Assembly (NCBI GenBank): GCA_963753435.1
Contig: CAVWCF010000002.1
Span: 96,001 to 160,000 of the forward strand
From: an uncultured Actinomycetota bacterium
GTDB lineage: Bacteria; Actinomycetota; Actinomycetes; CAVWCF01
Length of the DNA: 64,000 bases
Direction: 5' to 3'
Shown: positions 19,704 through 30,098 of the stretch, in pieces
Position numbering within the stretch: the stretch's first letter is position 1
Layout: each line of letters begins with the position of its first letter
Notes under the pieces: model-generated
The model's database searches: none
What the model was told of the DNA's origin: nothing
The model's input: only the letters and a program-made list of their open reading frames with translations
Position numbers and translations under genes: made by a program

Positions 19704-21302
19704 TTGAGCAAGCCCGCCGATTTCGAAGACGTGAACGCGGCTGATCTGAACCCGCGCCGCTGGGCGATCCTGGGCGTCTTGGTCATCAGCCTGCTGGTCG
19801 TCGTACTCGACAACACCGTTCTGAACGTTGCGTTGCCGACGATCCAGCGCGATCTTGGGGCCACCCAGGAGCAACTGGTCTGGGCGGTCAACGCCTATGT
19901 GTGCACGTTCGCGGCGTTCTTGTTCACCTGGGGCGTTCTGGGGGACAGGTACGGGCGCAAGCGCATCCTCATCACGGGCTTGGCGCTGTTCGGCGCGGCT
20001 TCCGCTCTGACGGCGTGGGCTTCCTCCCCGCTTGAACTGATCTTCTTCCGCGGGCTGATGGGCCTTGGTGCGGCGAGCGTCCTGCCGGTCACGTTGGCGA
20101 TCATCACGGTCATCTTCCCGCCGGCAGAACGCGGCAAGGCCATCGGAATCTGGGCTGCTGCTGTCGGCGGTGCCGTCGCGCTGGGCCCGGTTGTGGGCGG
20201 CCTCCTGGTCGAGAACTTCTGGTGGGGTTCGGTGTTCCTCATCAACGTCCCCATCGTCATCCTGGGCGTGGTGTTGATGCGGGTCCTGGTCCCGGAAAGC
20301 CGCAACCCGCAGCCGGGACGGCTGGACCCCGGCGGTGTCGTGCTGAGCGTTCTGGGCTTGCTTCTGCTCACCTACGGCATCCTGCACGGTGGCGACACTC
20401 AGGAGTGGTCCGCGCCGGACGTATGGATTCCGCTGGTCGCCGGTGTGGCACTGCTGGTCACATTCGTCATCTTCGAGTACCGAAGCGAACACCCCTCACT
20501 TGATACCGAACTGTTCGGCATCCGGTCTTTCTCCACGGCATTGGCGACCACGACGTTGGCCTTCGCCGCCCTCAACGGCACGCTGCTCTTCTTGACTTTC
20601 TACTTGCAGATCGTTCGCGGGTTCTCGCCGTTGCAGGCCGGGTTGTGCATCCTCCCGGTCGCTGTGGGCCAACTGATCGCGGCACCGCGAAGCAACGCGA
20701 ACGTGCGACGCTTCGGCGCGCGGCGGGTGGTCTCAGCCGGTCTGCTCATAGCCGGTACTGCATTCACGCTCATTGGAGTTCTGGAGAAGACGACTCCGCT
20801 GTGGATCATTCTGGTCGTGTTCTTCTTCGTCGGACTTGGCATGGGCAACGTGATCGCGCCTTGCACCACACGAATGACGCTGGTCACGCCGGCGGCGCGC
20901 TCCGGGGTGGGGTCGGCGATGCAGAACACAGTCCGTCAGGTGGGCGCCGCCCTCGGGATCGCTGTCATCTCCTCACTTGTCGCGATCACCTACACCAACG
21001 CGTTGACGCCCAAGTTGGTCGACGCTGCAGACCTACCTCCGACTGTTGCTGACTCGGTTGGTGCCACCTACGAGATCGCCCGTCAGGGGGTTGCAGACGG
21101 AACGCTGACGACCGACGCAGCCGAATCGCTGTTGGCTGCAGCGGACCAGTCGTTCCTAACCGCACTCGGCGTGGCCGCTGTGTCCAGCGGGGTGCTGCTG
21201 GGGCTGGCGCTCATGGTCGTTCTGCTTTGGTTGCCGGCGCGGCCCGAGACAGTCGCCTGGGGCAGCGGCGGAGTCACCCCTGCTCGCGCCAGCGATTCGT
21301 AA
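19704..21302 (+). CDS. DHA2 (EmrB/QacA-like) MFS drug efflux transporter
   Basis: [33 protein letters not shown]; about 14 TM helices. Confidence 0.9.
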   Translation: MSKPADFEDVNAADLNPRRWAILGVLVISLLVVVLDNTVLNVALPTIQRDLGATQEQLVWAVNAYVCTFAAFLFTWGVLGDRYGRKRILITGLALFGAASALTAWASSPLELIFFRGLMGLGAASVLPVTLAIITVIFPPAERGKAIGIWAAAVGGAVALGPVVGGLLVENFWWGSVFLINVPIVILGVVLMRVLVPESRNPQPGRLDPGGVVLSVLGLLLLTYGILHGGDTQEWSAPDVWIPLVAGVALLVTFVIFEYRSEHPSLDTELFGIRSFSTALATTTLAFAALNGTLLFLTFYLQIVRGFSPLQAGLCILPVAVGQLIAAPRSNANVRRFGARRVVSAGLLIAGTAFTLIGVLEKTTPLWIILVVFFFVGLGMGNVIAPCTTRMTLVTPAARSGVGSAMQNTVRQVGAALGIAVISSLVAITYTNALTPKLVDAADLPPTVADSVGATYEIARQGVADGTLTTDAAESLLAAADQSFLTALGVAAVSSGVLLGLALMVVLLWLPARPETVAWGSGGVTPARASDS

Positions 21303-22992
21303 TCGGCAATCGGCGGTCGCGCCCGAAAGCCCGACTGGTCACCTTGGGTCCGGGCGGGTACTGGCGGCGCTTGTACTCCGCGTGATCGACCATTGCCAGC
21401 ACCCGGTTGACGGTTTCGGCATCGAAGCCCTCAGCCACCAGATCCGTGGCTGAACGGTCCGCTTCGACGTAGTCATCGAGGATGTCATCGAGGGTGTCGT
21501 AGGGCGGAAGGGAGTCGGTGTCGAGTTGGCCGGGGCGCAGTTCAGCCGACGGCGGCTTCTCGATGGAACTGGCCGGAATCGGCTCGACCGCGCCGGCGTT
21601 GCGGGCGGCCTCGTTTCGCCATGTGGCCAACTCCCACACCAAAGTCTTGGGCACATCCTTCAGCGGTGCGAAACCGCCGACGGCGTCGCCGTACAGCGTC
21701 GAGTACCCGACGGCCAACTCGCTCTTGTTCCCGGTCGCCAGCACCAGGTGGCCCTCGGAGTTGGACAGCGCCATCAAGGTCAGGCCGCGGGCGCGCGCCT
21801 GCAGGTTCTCCTCGGCGAGGCCGGACACGGGGACCTGCCCCTGTACCGCGTCGACGATGGGGCCGATCGGCACGTTTCGGTAGTTGAGTCCGGTCCGGCG
21901 TGCCAAGTCCTCAGCGTCGGCGATGGAGTGCGGTGAGGAGTACTCACTTGGCATCGAGATTCCGTGGACCCGCTCCGCGCCCAACGCATCGCAGGCGAGT
22001 GCGGCGGTTAGGGCCGAGTCGATGCCCCCGGACAGGCCCAGCACCACCGAACCGAACCCGTTCTTGAGTACGTAGTCCTTCAGTCCGGTCACGATGGCGC
22101 CGTACACCTCGGCCAGCTCGTCCAGCCTGGGCGCCACCGCAGGTGCCAAACCCTCGTACGGGGGCAATTGGCCCGAGCCCACCTCCAGCGTCGCACCGGC
22201 CCCGGACGCCGAAGGCAGCTCCGCATCCAGCAGCAGCAGGCCCTCCTCGAACTGCGGTGCGCGCGCCAACAGCGCACCGCTGGAGTCGACAACCAGCGAA
22301 TCGCCGTCGAAGACCAACTCGTCCTGGCCGCCGACCATGTTCACGTACGCGAGTGCGGCACCGGCATGGCGGGCGCGCTGAGACACCAGTTGCAGTCGCA
22401 GATCGTCCTTGTTGCGCTCATAAGGGGAGCCGTTGATGACCAGCAGCAGGCCGGCCTGGGCCTCTCGTGCCCACTGCTCCGGGCCGCCTCGCTGCCAGAG
22501 GTCCTCACAAATGGCCAGGGTCACGTCGACCCCGTGTAGCCGCAGCGTGCAGGGCTCGTTGCCGGCCACGAAGTAGCGGGCCTCGTCGAAGACCCCGTAG
22601 TTGGGCAGGTGGTGCTTGGCGTAGTGCATGAGCACCTCGCCGTTGTAGATCACCGCCGCGCAGTTCTGCGGGCTGGACCGGGGCGTGCCCAACGACTCCG
22701 CCGCGCCGGAGCGGCGATCCAGGTATCCGACGACGACAACCTGTCGTTCACAGCCTTCCGCCGCCAACTGCACGGCCAAGGCCTCCACGGTCGCCCGGCT
22801 GGCGTCCACGAAGGATGGCCGCAAGGCGAGGTCCTCAACCGGGTAGCCGGTCAGGAACAGTTCAGGGAAGGCAACCAGGTGGGCCCCCTGTGCCGCGGCG
22901 TGCTTGGTCCAGCGCACGACCAATTCGGCATTGCCGGAGAGGTCGCCCACCGTGGGGTTGGCCTGGGCCAACGCAACGCGAAGCTGAGGCAC
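21274..22992 (-). CDS. nadE: Glutamine-dependent NAD+ synthase
   Basis: Nitrilase domain (FPEL, KHHLPNYGVFDE, ICEDLW) plus GLSGGIDS, ENLQAR, TGNKSE, PSAELRPGQ. Confidence 0.95.
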   Translation of the reverse strand: MPQLRVALAQANPTVGDLSGNAELVVRWTKHAAAQGAHLVAFPELFLTGYPVEDLALRPSFVDASRATVEALAVQLAAEGCERQVVVVGYLDRRSGAAESLGTPRSSPQNCAAVIYNGEVLMHYAKHHLPNYGVFDEARYFVAGNEPCTLRLHGVDVTLAICEDLWQRGGPEQWAREAQAGLLLVINGSPYERNKDDLRLQLVSQRARHAGAALAYVNMVGGQDELVFDGDSLVVDSSGALLARAPQFEEGLLLLDAELPSASGAGATLEVGSGQLPPYEGLAPAVAPRLDELAEVYGAIVTGLKDYVLKNGFGSVVLGLSGGIDSALTAALACDALGAERVHGISMPSEYSSPHSIADAEDLARRTGLNYRNVPIGPIVDAVQGQVPVSGLAEENLQARARGLTLMALSNSEGHLVLATGNKSELAVGYSTLYGDAVGGFAPLKDVPKTLVWELATWRNEAARNAGAVEPIPASSIEKPPSAELRPGQLDTDSLPPYDTLDDILDDYVEADRSATDLVAEGFDAETVNRVLAMVDHAEYKRRQYPPGPKVTSRAFGRDRRLPITNRWREQG

Positions 22993-23039
22993 CCGCGCAC
23001 CCTATGGGTTTAGCCCCGGCGCCGTTTGGCAGGCGTGCC

Positions 23040-23055
23040 GTAACCGCGGTGAAAC
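23040..23055 (+). promoter_or_regulatory. GlnR box upstream of glnA2
   Basis: GTAAC-N6-GAAAC matches the GlnR half-site pair. Confidence 0.7.
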
Positions 23056-23077
23056 ACAACGACGGCACGATGGGCTC

Positions 23078-24415
23078 GTGGATAAGCAGCAGGAGTTCGT
23101 CCTCCGCACGCTGGAGGAACGCGACATTCGCTTCGTGCGCCTCTGGTTCACCGACGTGCTCGGGTTCTTGAAGTCGGTCGCGGTCGCGCCGGCTGAGCTT
23201 GAAGGTGCTTTCGCTGAGGGCATGGGCTTCGACGGCTCGGCGATCCAGGGGTTCGCGCGGACCAATGAGGCCGACATGCTGGCCAAGCCGGACCCGTCGA
23301 CCTTCGCGGTACTGCCGTGGCGGGCCGAAGCGGCTGGGGCCGCGCGCATGTTCTGCGACATCCTGATGCCGGACGGGTCGCCGTCCTACGCCGACCCGCG
23401 ACACGTGCTCAAACGTGCGCTCAACAAGGCGGGCGAGTTGGGCTTCACCTTCTACACGCATCCGGAGATCGAGTTCTTCCTCTTCTCCGACGTCCCGGGC
23501 GGAGGAGCCGAGCCGGTTCCGGTGGACTCCGGCGGCTACTTCGACCACGTACCGCACAGCCAGGGACAGGACTTCCGCCGCGCGGCGATCACCATGCTGG
23601 AGTCGATGGGCATCTCGGTGGAGTTCTCCCATCACGAAGGCGCCCCCGGGCAAAACGAGATTGACCTGCGCTACGCGGACGCGCTCACAACCGCCGACAA
23701 CATCATGACCTTCCGCCACGTGGTCAAAGAGGTGGCTCTGGAGCAGGGCATCTACGCGTCCTTCATGCCCAAGCCGTTCGCGCAGCACCCCGGGTCGGGC
23801 ATGCACACGCACGTCTCCTTGTTCAGCGGCGACCAGAACGCGTTCTTCGAAGGTGGGGCTGAGTACCAGCTCAGCAAGGTGGCCAGGTCGTTCATCGCGG
23901 GCCTGCTGCGCCACGCCCCGGAGATCACCGCTGTCACCAACCAGTGGGTCAACTCCTACAAGCGGCTGTACGGCGGCGGCGAAGCCCCCGCTTACGTCTG
24001 CTGGGGCCACAACAACCGCTCGGCCATGGTGCGCGTGCCCATGTACAAGCCGAGCAAGGGCCAGTCGACACGCATCGAGGTGCGTTCCCTGGATTCTGCG
24101 GCCAACCCGTACCTGGCTTTGGCGCTGATCCTGGCGGCGGGGCTGAAGGGCGTCGAGGAGGGCTATCCGCTGCCGGCGGAAGCCGAGGACGACGTCTGGG
24201 CCTTGTCCGAAGGTGAGCGCCGCGCCCTCGGCATCGAGCCGCTGCCGCAGAATCTGGCGGAGGCGATCGCGGTGATGGAGCAATCGGAGTTGGCCGCGGA
24301 GACGCTGGGCGAGCACGTGTTCGACTTCTTCCTGCGGAACAAGCGGGCGGAGTGGGCCGACTACCGAGCCCAGGTCACGCCGTTTGAGCGGGAGCGGTAC
24401 CTGCCGGTCCTGTGA
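23078..24415 (+). CDS. glnA2: Glutamine synthetase family (GlnA2 type)
   Basis: RLWFTDVLG, FDGSAI, HHEGAPGQNEI, FMPKP..GSGMH, NNRSA; lies directly upstream of glnE. Confidence 0.92.
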   Translation: MDKQQEFVLRTLEERDIRFVRLWFTDVLGFLKSVAVAPAELEGAFAEGMGFDGSAIQGFARTNEADMLAKPDPSTFAVLPWRAEAAGAARMFCDILMPDGSPSYADPRHVLKRALNKAGELGFTFYTHPEIEFFLFSDVPGGGAEPVPVDSGGYFDHVPHSQGQDFRRAAITMLESMGISVEFSHHEGAPGQNEIDLRYADALTTADNIMTFRHVVKEVALEQGIYASFMPKPFAQHPGSGMHTHVSLFSGDQNAFFEGGAEYQLSKVARSFIAGLLRHAPEITAVTNQWVNSYKRLYGGGEAPAYVCWGHNNRSAMVRVPMYKPSKGQSTRIEVRSLDSAANPYLALALILAAGLKGVEEGYPLPAEAEDDVWALSEGERRALGIEPLPQNLAEAIAVMEQSELAAETLGEHVFDFFLRNKRAEWADYRAQVTPFERERYLPVL

Positions 24416-24440
24416 CCTGGCACTGACTACCCTCCCGGGG

Positions 24441-27404
24441 GTGGCTGAGGACCGGGCGAAAACACTGCGCGCCCGTTTGATCCGTCTTGGATTCGCCGAT
24501 GCCGCCGTTGCCGAGGCCGAACTGCAGGCGGATCCGCTCGACGATGAAGTACTTGTCGCATTGGGTGCCACCGCAGACCCCGACCAGGCATTGGCCGGGC
24601 TGCTGCGATTGCGGTCCGCCGATGAGCGGGTGGGCGAGTTCCTGGCAGATGAGCAGCAACGAACTCGGTTGCTGGCGGTACTTGGGGTCAGCAGCGCCCT
24701 GACCGACTTCGTGGTTCGCCACCCCGACGAGTTGGCCTGGGTCGGCCGGGGATCCGAATTGCCGGATGCAGCCGGCATGCGCGCCTACCTGTCCGCTTGT
24801 GTGGGCTTGGGTCCCGGCAATGAAGCCACGCCTGGCCTCTCGAATCCCGCCGTCTCGGCGGGTGCCGATCGCTTGGACGCCCTCCGCGTCGGATACCGCG
24901 CGCTGGTGCTCGGTATCGCGGCCCGCGACCTGGTGGGTGAGCTGCAGTTCGACGATGTCGGTGCGGCATTGGCCAACGCCGCCGACGCCGTCTTGGACAC
25001 CGCGCTGCGAATTGCTGCGGCGGAGTCCCCCGAGGACGCCGATGCGTGCCGGCTGGCGGTTATCGCCATGGGCAAGACCGGTGGATCGGAGTTGAACTAC
25101 ATCTCCGACGTCGATGTCATCTACGTCGCCGAACCGGCTACCGGGGTGGACGAAACGGCCGCACTGGCTGCGGCCACGAGGCTGGCGACGCGACTGCAGC
25201 AGATCTGCTCCGCACCTACCGGTGAGGGGGCCATTTGGGAGGTCGATGCGGCGCTGCGACCGGAGGGCAAGGCCGGCGCGCTGGTGCGGACCCTGGCCAG
25301 TCACGCGGCCTACTACGAGCGGTGGGCCAAGACCTGGGAGTTCCAGGCCCTGCTGAAGGCCCGCCCGGCAGCCGGCGATCAGGCCTTGGGTGTCGCCTAC
25401 TGCGACGCGGCCGCCGAACGGGTGTGGACCGCCGCCAATCGGGACGGCTTCGTCGCCGACGTTCAGGCGATGCGACGGCGCGTTGAGGAACACATCCCGG
25501 TGCGCGAGGCGCAGCGTCAACTCAAACTAGGCCGCGGCGGGCTGCGGGACGTGGAGTTCGCGGTGCAGTTGCTGCAACTGGTGCACGGCAAGTCGGATGT
25601 CTACGTGCGTAGCCGAACCACGCTGCAGGCGTTGGAGGCGCTGGCGACGTGGGGGTACGTGGCCCGCGAGGACGCTGCGGGGTTTGCGGCGTCGTACCGG
25701 TGGCTGCGGTCGCTGGAACACCGGATCCAGTTGCAGCGGCTGCGGCGAACGCACCTGTTGCCTACTGACGATGCAGCCCTGCGGCGCCTCGCCCGGTCAA
25801 TGGGCCTGCGCGACGCTGCGCAACTGGACGACGAGTTGGCCGGGCACCGGCGTCGGGTCCGGCAGATCCACGAGAAGCTCTTCTACCGTCCCCTGCTGGA
25901 CGCGGTTGCCCGGTTGGAGCCCGGGGTAGCCAGGCTGAGCCCGGAGGCGGCCCGGGATCGGCTGGAGGCACTTGGGTATCAGGACCCGCAAGGGGCGTTG
26001 CGCCATCTGGAGGCGCTGACGACGGGACTGAGCCGGCGGGCGCAAATCCAGCGCACGCTCCTGCCGGTCCTGCTTGGCTGGTTCGCCGACTACCCGGACC
26101 CGGACGCCGGGCTGTTGGGTTTTCGGCAGGTATCCGATTCGTTGGGATCGACGCCTTGGTATCTGCGCCTGCTGCGCGACGCCGGCGCGGCCGAGCGTCT
26201 CGTCCGGGTGCTTTCCACCTCTCGCTACGCGACCGATCTGCTACTGCGTGCGCCGGACGCTGTCGCGCTGCTCGACGGTGACGCGGAACTGCAGCCTCGG
26301 GATCAGTCCGTCTTGGTTGCGGAGATGGGCAATGCGGCCAGCCTGCATGAGGACCCGGAGTCCGCGATCGCGTCGGTCCGCGCGATCCGGCGACGAGAGT
26401 TGTTTCGCATCTCGGTGGCGGACCTGCTGCGACGCCTGACCGCGGAGCAGGTTGGGCAGGCGTTGACCGACGTGGCTACGGCCACGATCCAGGCGGGGCT
26501 GACCGTGGCGACGGCGGCGATCGAATCCAAGCGTGGCTCCGTGCCGACCCGGTTCGCCGTCATCGGCATGGGCCGGTTGGGCGGGGCGGAGATGTCCTAC
26601 TCATCCGATGCCGATGTGCTGTTCGTCCACGACCCGCTTCCCGGCGCAGATGAGCGTGAAGCGAGCGATGCTGCGCACGCAGTCGCAAATGAACTGCGGC
26701 GCCTCCTTTCGCTACCCAGTGAGGACCCACCACTGGGAATCGACGCGGACCTGCGACCGGAAGGCCGACAAGGTCCCCTGGTCAGGTCGCTGGCGTCATA
26801 CGCCGCCTACTACGAGCGGTGGTCGCTGGTCTGGGAGGCGCAGGCTTTGCTTCGGGCAGTACCCATCGCCGGGGACGGGGACCTAGGTGCGCAGTTCGTT
26901 GAACTGATCGATCCGGTTCGTTATCCCGACAACGGTCTAGACGATGCGCACTTGCGTGAGATCCGGCGGATAAAGGCGCGGGTGGAGACCGAACGGATGC
27001 CACGGGGGACGGACCCGCACCGCAACTTGAAGCTTGGTCCTGGTGGTCTGGCCGACGTGGAGTGGACCGCACAGTTGCTGCAGTTGCGGCACGGCCATGC
27101 CGAACCGGGCCTGCGGACGCCGCGGACGCGGGCGGCACTGCAGGCAGCAGTGGACGCTGGGTTGTTGGCAAGCGCGGACCGGGACACGTTGATCGAGGCG
27201 TGGCGCTTCGCAATGAGTGTGCGCAATGCCACGACCTTGGTGCGTGGCAAAGCCTCCGACACGCTGCCGGGCCCGGGCCGCGACCTCGCCGGAACTGCCC
27301 TTGTTGCCGGTTACGATCCAACGAACGCGGGCCAGTTGGAGGATGACTACCGACGGGCAGCGCGGCACGCACGCTCCGTGGTGGAGAGGGAGTTCTACCG
27401 GTGA
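24441..27404 (+). CDS. glnE: Bifunctional glutamine synthetase adenylyltransferase/deadenylase
   Basis: Two nucleotidyltransferase halves: MGKTGGSELNYISDVD / MGRLGGAEMSYSSDAD, DAALRPEG / DADLRPEG, LKLGxGGL. Confidence 0.95.
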   Translation: MAEDRAKTLRARLIRLGFADAAVAEAELQADPLDDEVLVALGATADPDQALAGLLRLRSADERVGEFLADEQQRTRLLAVLGVSSALTDFVVRHPDELAWVGRGSELPDAAGMRAYLSACVGLGPGNEATPGLSNPAVSAGADRLDALRVGYRALVLGIAARDLVGELQFDDVGAALANAADAVLDTALRIAAAESPEDADACRLAVIAMGKTGGSELNYISDVDVIYVAEPATGVDETAALAAATRLATRLQQICSAPTGEGAIWEVDAALRPEGKAGALVRTLASHAAYYERWAKTWEFQALLKARPAAGDQALGVAYCDAAAERVWTAANRDGFVADVQAMRRRVEEHIPVREAQRQLKLGRGGLRDVEFAVQLLQLVHGKSDVYVRSRTTLQALEALATWGYVAREDAAGFAASYRWLRSLEHRIQLQRLRRTHLLPTDDAALRRLARSMGLRDAAQLDDELAGHRRRVRQIHEKLFYRPLLDAVARLEPGVARLSPEAARDRLEALGYQDPQGALRHLEALTTGLSRRAQIQRTLLPVLLGWFADYPDPDAGLLGFRQVSDSLGSTPWYLRLLRDAGAAERLVRVLSTSRYATDLLLRAPDAVALLDGDAELQPRDQSVLVAEMGNAASLHEDPESAIASVRAIRRRELFRISVADLLRRLTAEQVGQALTDVATATIQAGLTVATAAIESKRGSVPTRFAVIGMGRLGGAEMSYSSDADVLFVHDPLPGADEREASDAAHAVANELRRLLSLPSEDPPLGIDADLRPEGRQGPLVRSLASYAAYYERWSLVWEAQALLRAVPIAGDGDLGAQFVELIDPVRYPDNGLDDAHLREIRRIKARVETERMPRGTDPHRNLKLGPGGLADVEWTAQLLQLRHGHAEPGLRTPRTRAALQAAVDAGLLASADRDTLIEAWRFAMSVRNATTLVRGKASDTLPGPGRDLAGTALVAGYDPTNAGQLEDDYRRAARHARSVVEREFYR

Positions 27405-29275
27405 CAACCGCGCAGAGTTCTCGTATTCGCGAGGTGTTGTCCAACGGGGAGGCCCGTGCGCTGCTGGTGGCGCAGATGGTCAGCGAAATCGGCGATCAGG
27501 TTGCTCGCGTTGCGGTGGCCTACTTCGTGCTGGACCGAACTGACAGCCTGCTGTACGGCGCGCTGACGCTTGCCATCGCCTACGTGCCGGGCATCTTCGG
27601 CACCGCGTTCCTGGGAACCCTGGCTGATCGGATTCCCCGCCGCGCGCTGATGCTGTGGTGCGATCTCATCCGGGTCTTCCTGGTCGTGCTGCTGGCCTTC
27701 GTCATCGCCAGCGGGCTGCCGCTCATCTTGGTGTTTGCGCTCTTGCTGGTTGGCGAGACGGTCGCGGCACCCTTCGGAATCGCCCGGTCGGCCCTGTGGC
27801 CGGACGTGATGCCCCAGCGAGACCTGTTCGTCGCCGCGCACGCGCTGTCGCGGGCGATGTTCCTGGCAGCTCAGGTGATCGGCTTCGTGGCCGGCGGCCT
27901 GCTGACCCAAGCCATCGGCGTGGAGTTGGCCCTCCTGCTGGACGGTCTCACCTTTGTCGTCTCGTATGTCTTGATCCGCGCCCGGGTGAGCAGTCGTCCG
28001 GTCGCTGCCGAAGCCGGCACTTCGGCTTCGCGGATGGCCGGGGACGTGGCACAGGGCTGGCGGGAGGTAACGCAGGACCCGTTGCGGCGCTGGCTGATCC
28101 TGCTGGGCTGGTTCTCGGCGTTCGCGCTGATCGCCCCGGAGGCGGTTGCGCTGGGCTGGCGCCCCGACCTGAATGCCGCGATCGGCGGCATGCTCCTGGC
28201 CGCAGTACCGGCGGGGGCCGCCGTCGGATTCCTGCTTATCGCCCGACTGAGTCTGCCCAGGCAAACGGAGATGATCCTGCCGCTGGCGGCACTGTCATGT
28301 CTTCCGCTGTTCGCTGCGTCGATCAATCCGCCACCGGTTACGGCTGCGGCGCTGTTCTTCGTGGCCGGTGTCCTGCAGGCCTGGGTGCTGACGATTATGG
28401 CGGCGGCCACGGCGTTGACCGAGGCTCCGCTTCGGGGCCGGGTTCTGGGTGTCGCGTCGGCGGGGTTCAGCGCGGCGACGGCTTTGTCGTTTGCGGTCAT
28501 CGGAGCATTGGGTGACGCGATCGGCCCGGCCCGAGCGGTGAGCCTCGCCGGGCTGTTCGGACTTCTGGTGGTCGGGATCTTCTGGCGCGCTTCTCCCGGC
28601 GGTGCCCTCACCGATGCGGTCGCTGACACGGAACTGCTGTCTCTGGACCAGGAGGCCGTCGGTGACCTGATGGAAACCGTCGTGCCGGTCCTGCCGCCGG
28701 ATGACGCGACAGTGGACCTCGAGCACGCGATGGCCGGATTCACCTTGTCCGAACGGAACTCATGGAACCCGGCGACACAAAGCCCGGAGAGCCGCAGCGG
28801 TGACGCTCTTGGTCAGGACCCGGCCGGGGACATTGCCGTGACCCCGGAGACCGTGGCGGCGGCCGCTCCGCCGGCGCATGTCACCGAGCCGATTGGCACC
28901 CGAGTACCGCACTTGGATGACGCGCCGGTCGTGGGTCGGCTCGCGCCGATTCCCCGCACTGAGGTGACCGACCCGGTCTCGGCCCCGTTGCCCGAACCGG
29001 ATCTGCGATTCGCCGAGACCGCGTCCCTGGTGGTGGATGTCCCGGAGCCTGGCATCGAGCCGTCGGCGCCACCCGAAGTTGCCGTCGAGCCGACGGCGCC
29101 ACCCGAAGTTGCCGTCGAGCCGTCGGAGCCACCCGAAGTTGCCGTCGAGCCACCTGCCCGGGAGCCAGCGATGGCAGATCCGGCGATTGACATCCTGCCC
29201 GGCCGAGCAGCGCCGCTGCCCGAATGGCCCAGCGTTGACAAGGATGCGACCCAGCCCGTCCCGCGCATCGACTGA
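27401..29275 (+). CDS. MFS transporter with long acidic Pro-rich C-terminal extension
   Basis: VSEIGD, GTLADRIPRRALM, LRGRVLG; about 12 TM helices then a ~210-aa low-complexity tail. Confidence 0.85.
   Translation: MTTAQSSRIREVLSNGEARALLVAQMVSEIGDQVARVAVAYFVLDRTDSLLYGALTLAIAYVPGIFGTAFLGTLADRIPRRALMLWCDLIRVFLVVLLAFVIASGLPLILVFALLLVGETVAAPFGIARSALWPDVMPQRDLFVAAHALSRAMFLAAQVIGFVAGGLLTQAIGVELALLLDGLTFVVSYVLIRARVSSRPVAAEAGTSASRMAGDVAQGWREVTQDPLRRWLILLGWFSAFALIAPEAVALGWRPDLNAAIGGMLLAAVPAGAAVGFLLIARLSLPRQTEMILPLAALSCLPLFAASINPPPVTAAALFFVAGVLQAWVLTIMAAATALTEAPLRGRVLGVASAGFSAATALSFAVIGALGDAIGPARAVSLAGLFGLLVVGIFWRASPGGALTDAVADTELLSLDQEAVGDLMETVVPVLPPDDATVDLEHAMAGFTLSERNSWNPATQSPESRSGDALGQDPAGDIAVTPETVAAAAPPAHVTEPIGTRVPHLDDAPVVGRLAPIPRTEVTDPVSAPLPEPDLRFAETASLVVDVPEPGIEPSAPPEVAVEPTAPPEVAVEPSEPPEVAVEPPAREPAMADPAIDILPGRAAPLPEWPSVDKDATQPVPRID
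29055..29151 (+). repeat. 30-bp tandem repeat x3 (EPSAPPEVAV)
   Basis: tcgagccg(t/a)cgg(c/a)gccacccgaagttgccg three times. Confidence 0.9.
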
Positions 29276-29299
29276 GGAGGACAGGGGAGCGCCAGCGAG

Positions 29300-29329
29300 T
29301 TGTCTCAGATATACCCCTGGGGGTATGCT
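29300..29329 (+). promoter_or_regulatory. Promoter TTGTCT-N18-TATGCT with CsoR/RicR-type palindrome ATACCCC-TG-GGGGTAT (29311-29326)
   Basis: Perfect inverted repeat lying in the spacer and overlapping the -10; ATG 7 nt after the -10. Confidence 0.65.
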
Positions 29330-29336
29330 GGAGGGC

Positions 29337-29723
29337 ATGGAATCAGGCAGTCACGACGGCCACGGTCATGCCGTCCTCAACGAACTCTCGCCGCTGACCC
29401 GCGAACTTCGCCGCAAGATCCCGGACGTCTACGAGGGTTTCCGGGCGTTGCACTCAGCGGCGTTCGCCCCCGGGGCGCTTGACACGAAGACCAAGGAGTT
29501 GATGGCGCTGGCCATCGCGGTGGCGGACGGGTGCGACGGATGCATCGCCAGCCATGCCCGCGCTGCGGTCACCGCCGGCGCCAGCGAGCAGGAGGCCGCC
29601 GAGACGATCGGCGTTGCGATTCTCATGTCGGGCGGCCCCGGCACCATCTACGGACCCCGCGCCATGGCCGCCGTGGCGGAGTTCCGCACCGAGCAGACCC
29701 AACGAACTGGAGCGACCGTATGA
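29337..29723 (+). CDS. Carboxymuconolactone decarboxylase/AhpD family protein
   Basis: GALDTKTKELMALAIAV..CDGCIASH..GAS..E. Confidence 0.88.
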   Translation: MESGSHDGHGHAVLNELSPLTRELRRKIPDVYEGFRALHSAAFAPGALDTKTKELMALAIAVADGCDGCIASHARAAVTAGASEQEAAETIGVAILMSGGPGTIYGPRAMAAVAEFRTEQTQRTGATV

Positions 29724-30070
29724 AGCGCCTGCTAGCTGTCCTGTTGTTGTCGGTGTTGGCCGTAGCAGGCTGCTCCACTTCGGAGACGCCATCGGCGGAC
29801 ACCGCGTCATACACCGCGATCATCGACGTGCGCACGCCGGCTGAGTTCGCCACCGAGCACGTCGTCGACGCGGTGAACATTGACGTGCAGAGCGCCGATT
29901 TCGCCCAACAGATCGCCCAGCTGGACCCCAACGGGTCCTACCTCGTCTACTGCCGTAGCGGCAATCGTTCCGCCGCGGCGGCCACGCAGATGTCCGGCGC
30001 CGGGCTCACCGTCACTGACGGTGGGGGTCTCGGCGACATGAAGGGCGCCGGCTGGACCTTCACCAGTTGA
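29720..30070 (+). CDS. Rhodanese-domain lipoprotein
   Basis: Lipobox AVAGC; IIDVRTPAEF..H, VYCRSGNRS; ATGA overlap with the CMD gene. Confidence 0.88.
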   Translation: MKRLLAVLLLSVLAVAGCSTSETPSADTASYTAIIDVRTPAEFATEHVVDAVNIDVQSADFAQQIAQLDPNGSYLVYCRSGNRSAAAATQMSGAGLTVTDGGGLGDMKGAGWTFTS

Positions 30071-30098
30071 CACCTGCCGCGGCCCGCGATCGGCGACG

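Noticed and set aside
22862-24778. 638-aa minus-strand ORF and similar long antisense ORFs (e.g. 40760-42160, 47466-48761)
   Set aside because: High-GC shadow frames opposite well-supported genes, with no recognisable motifs.
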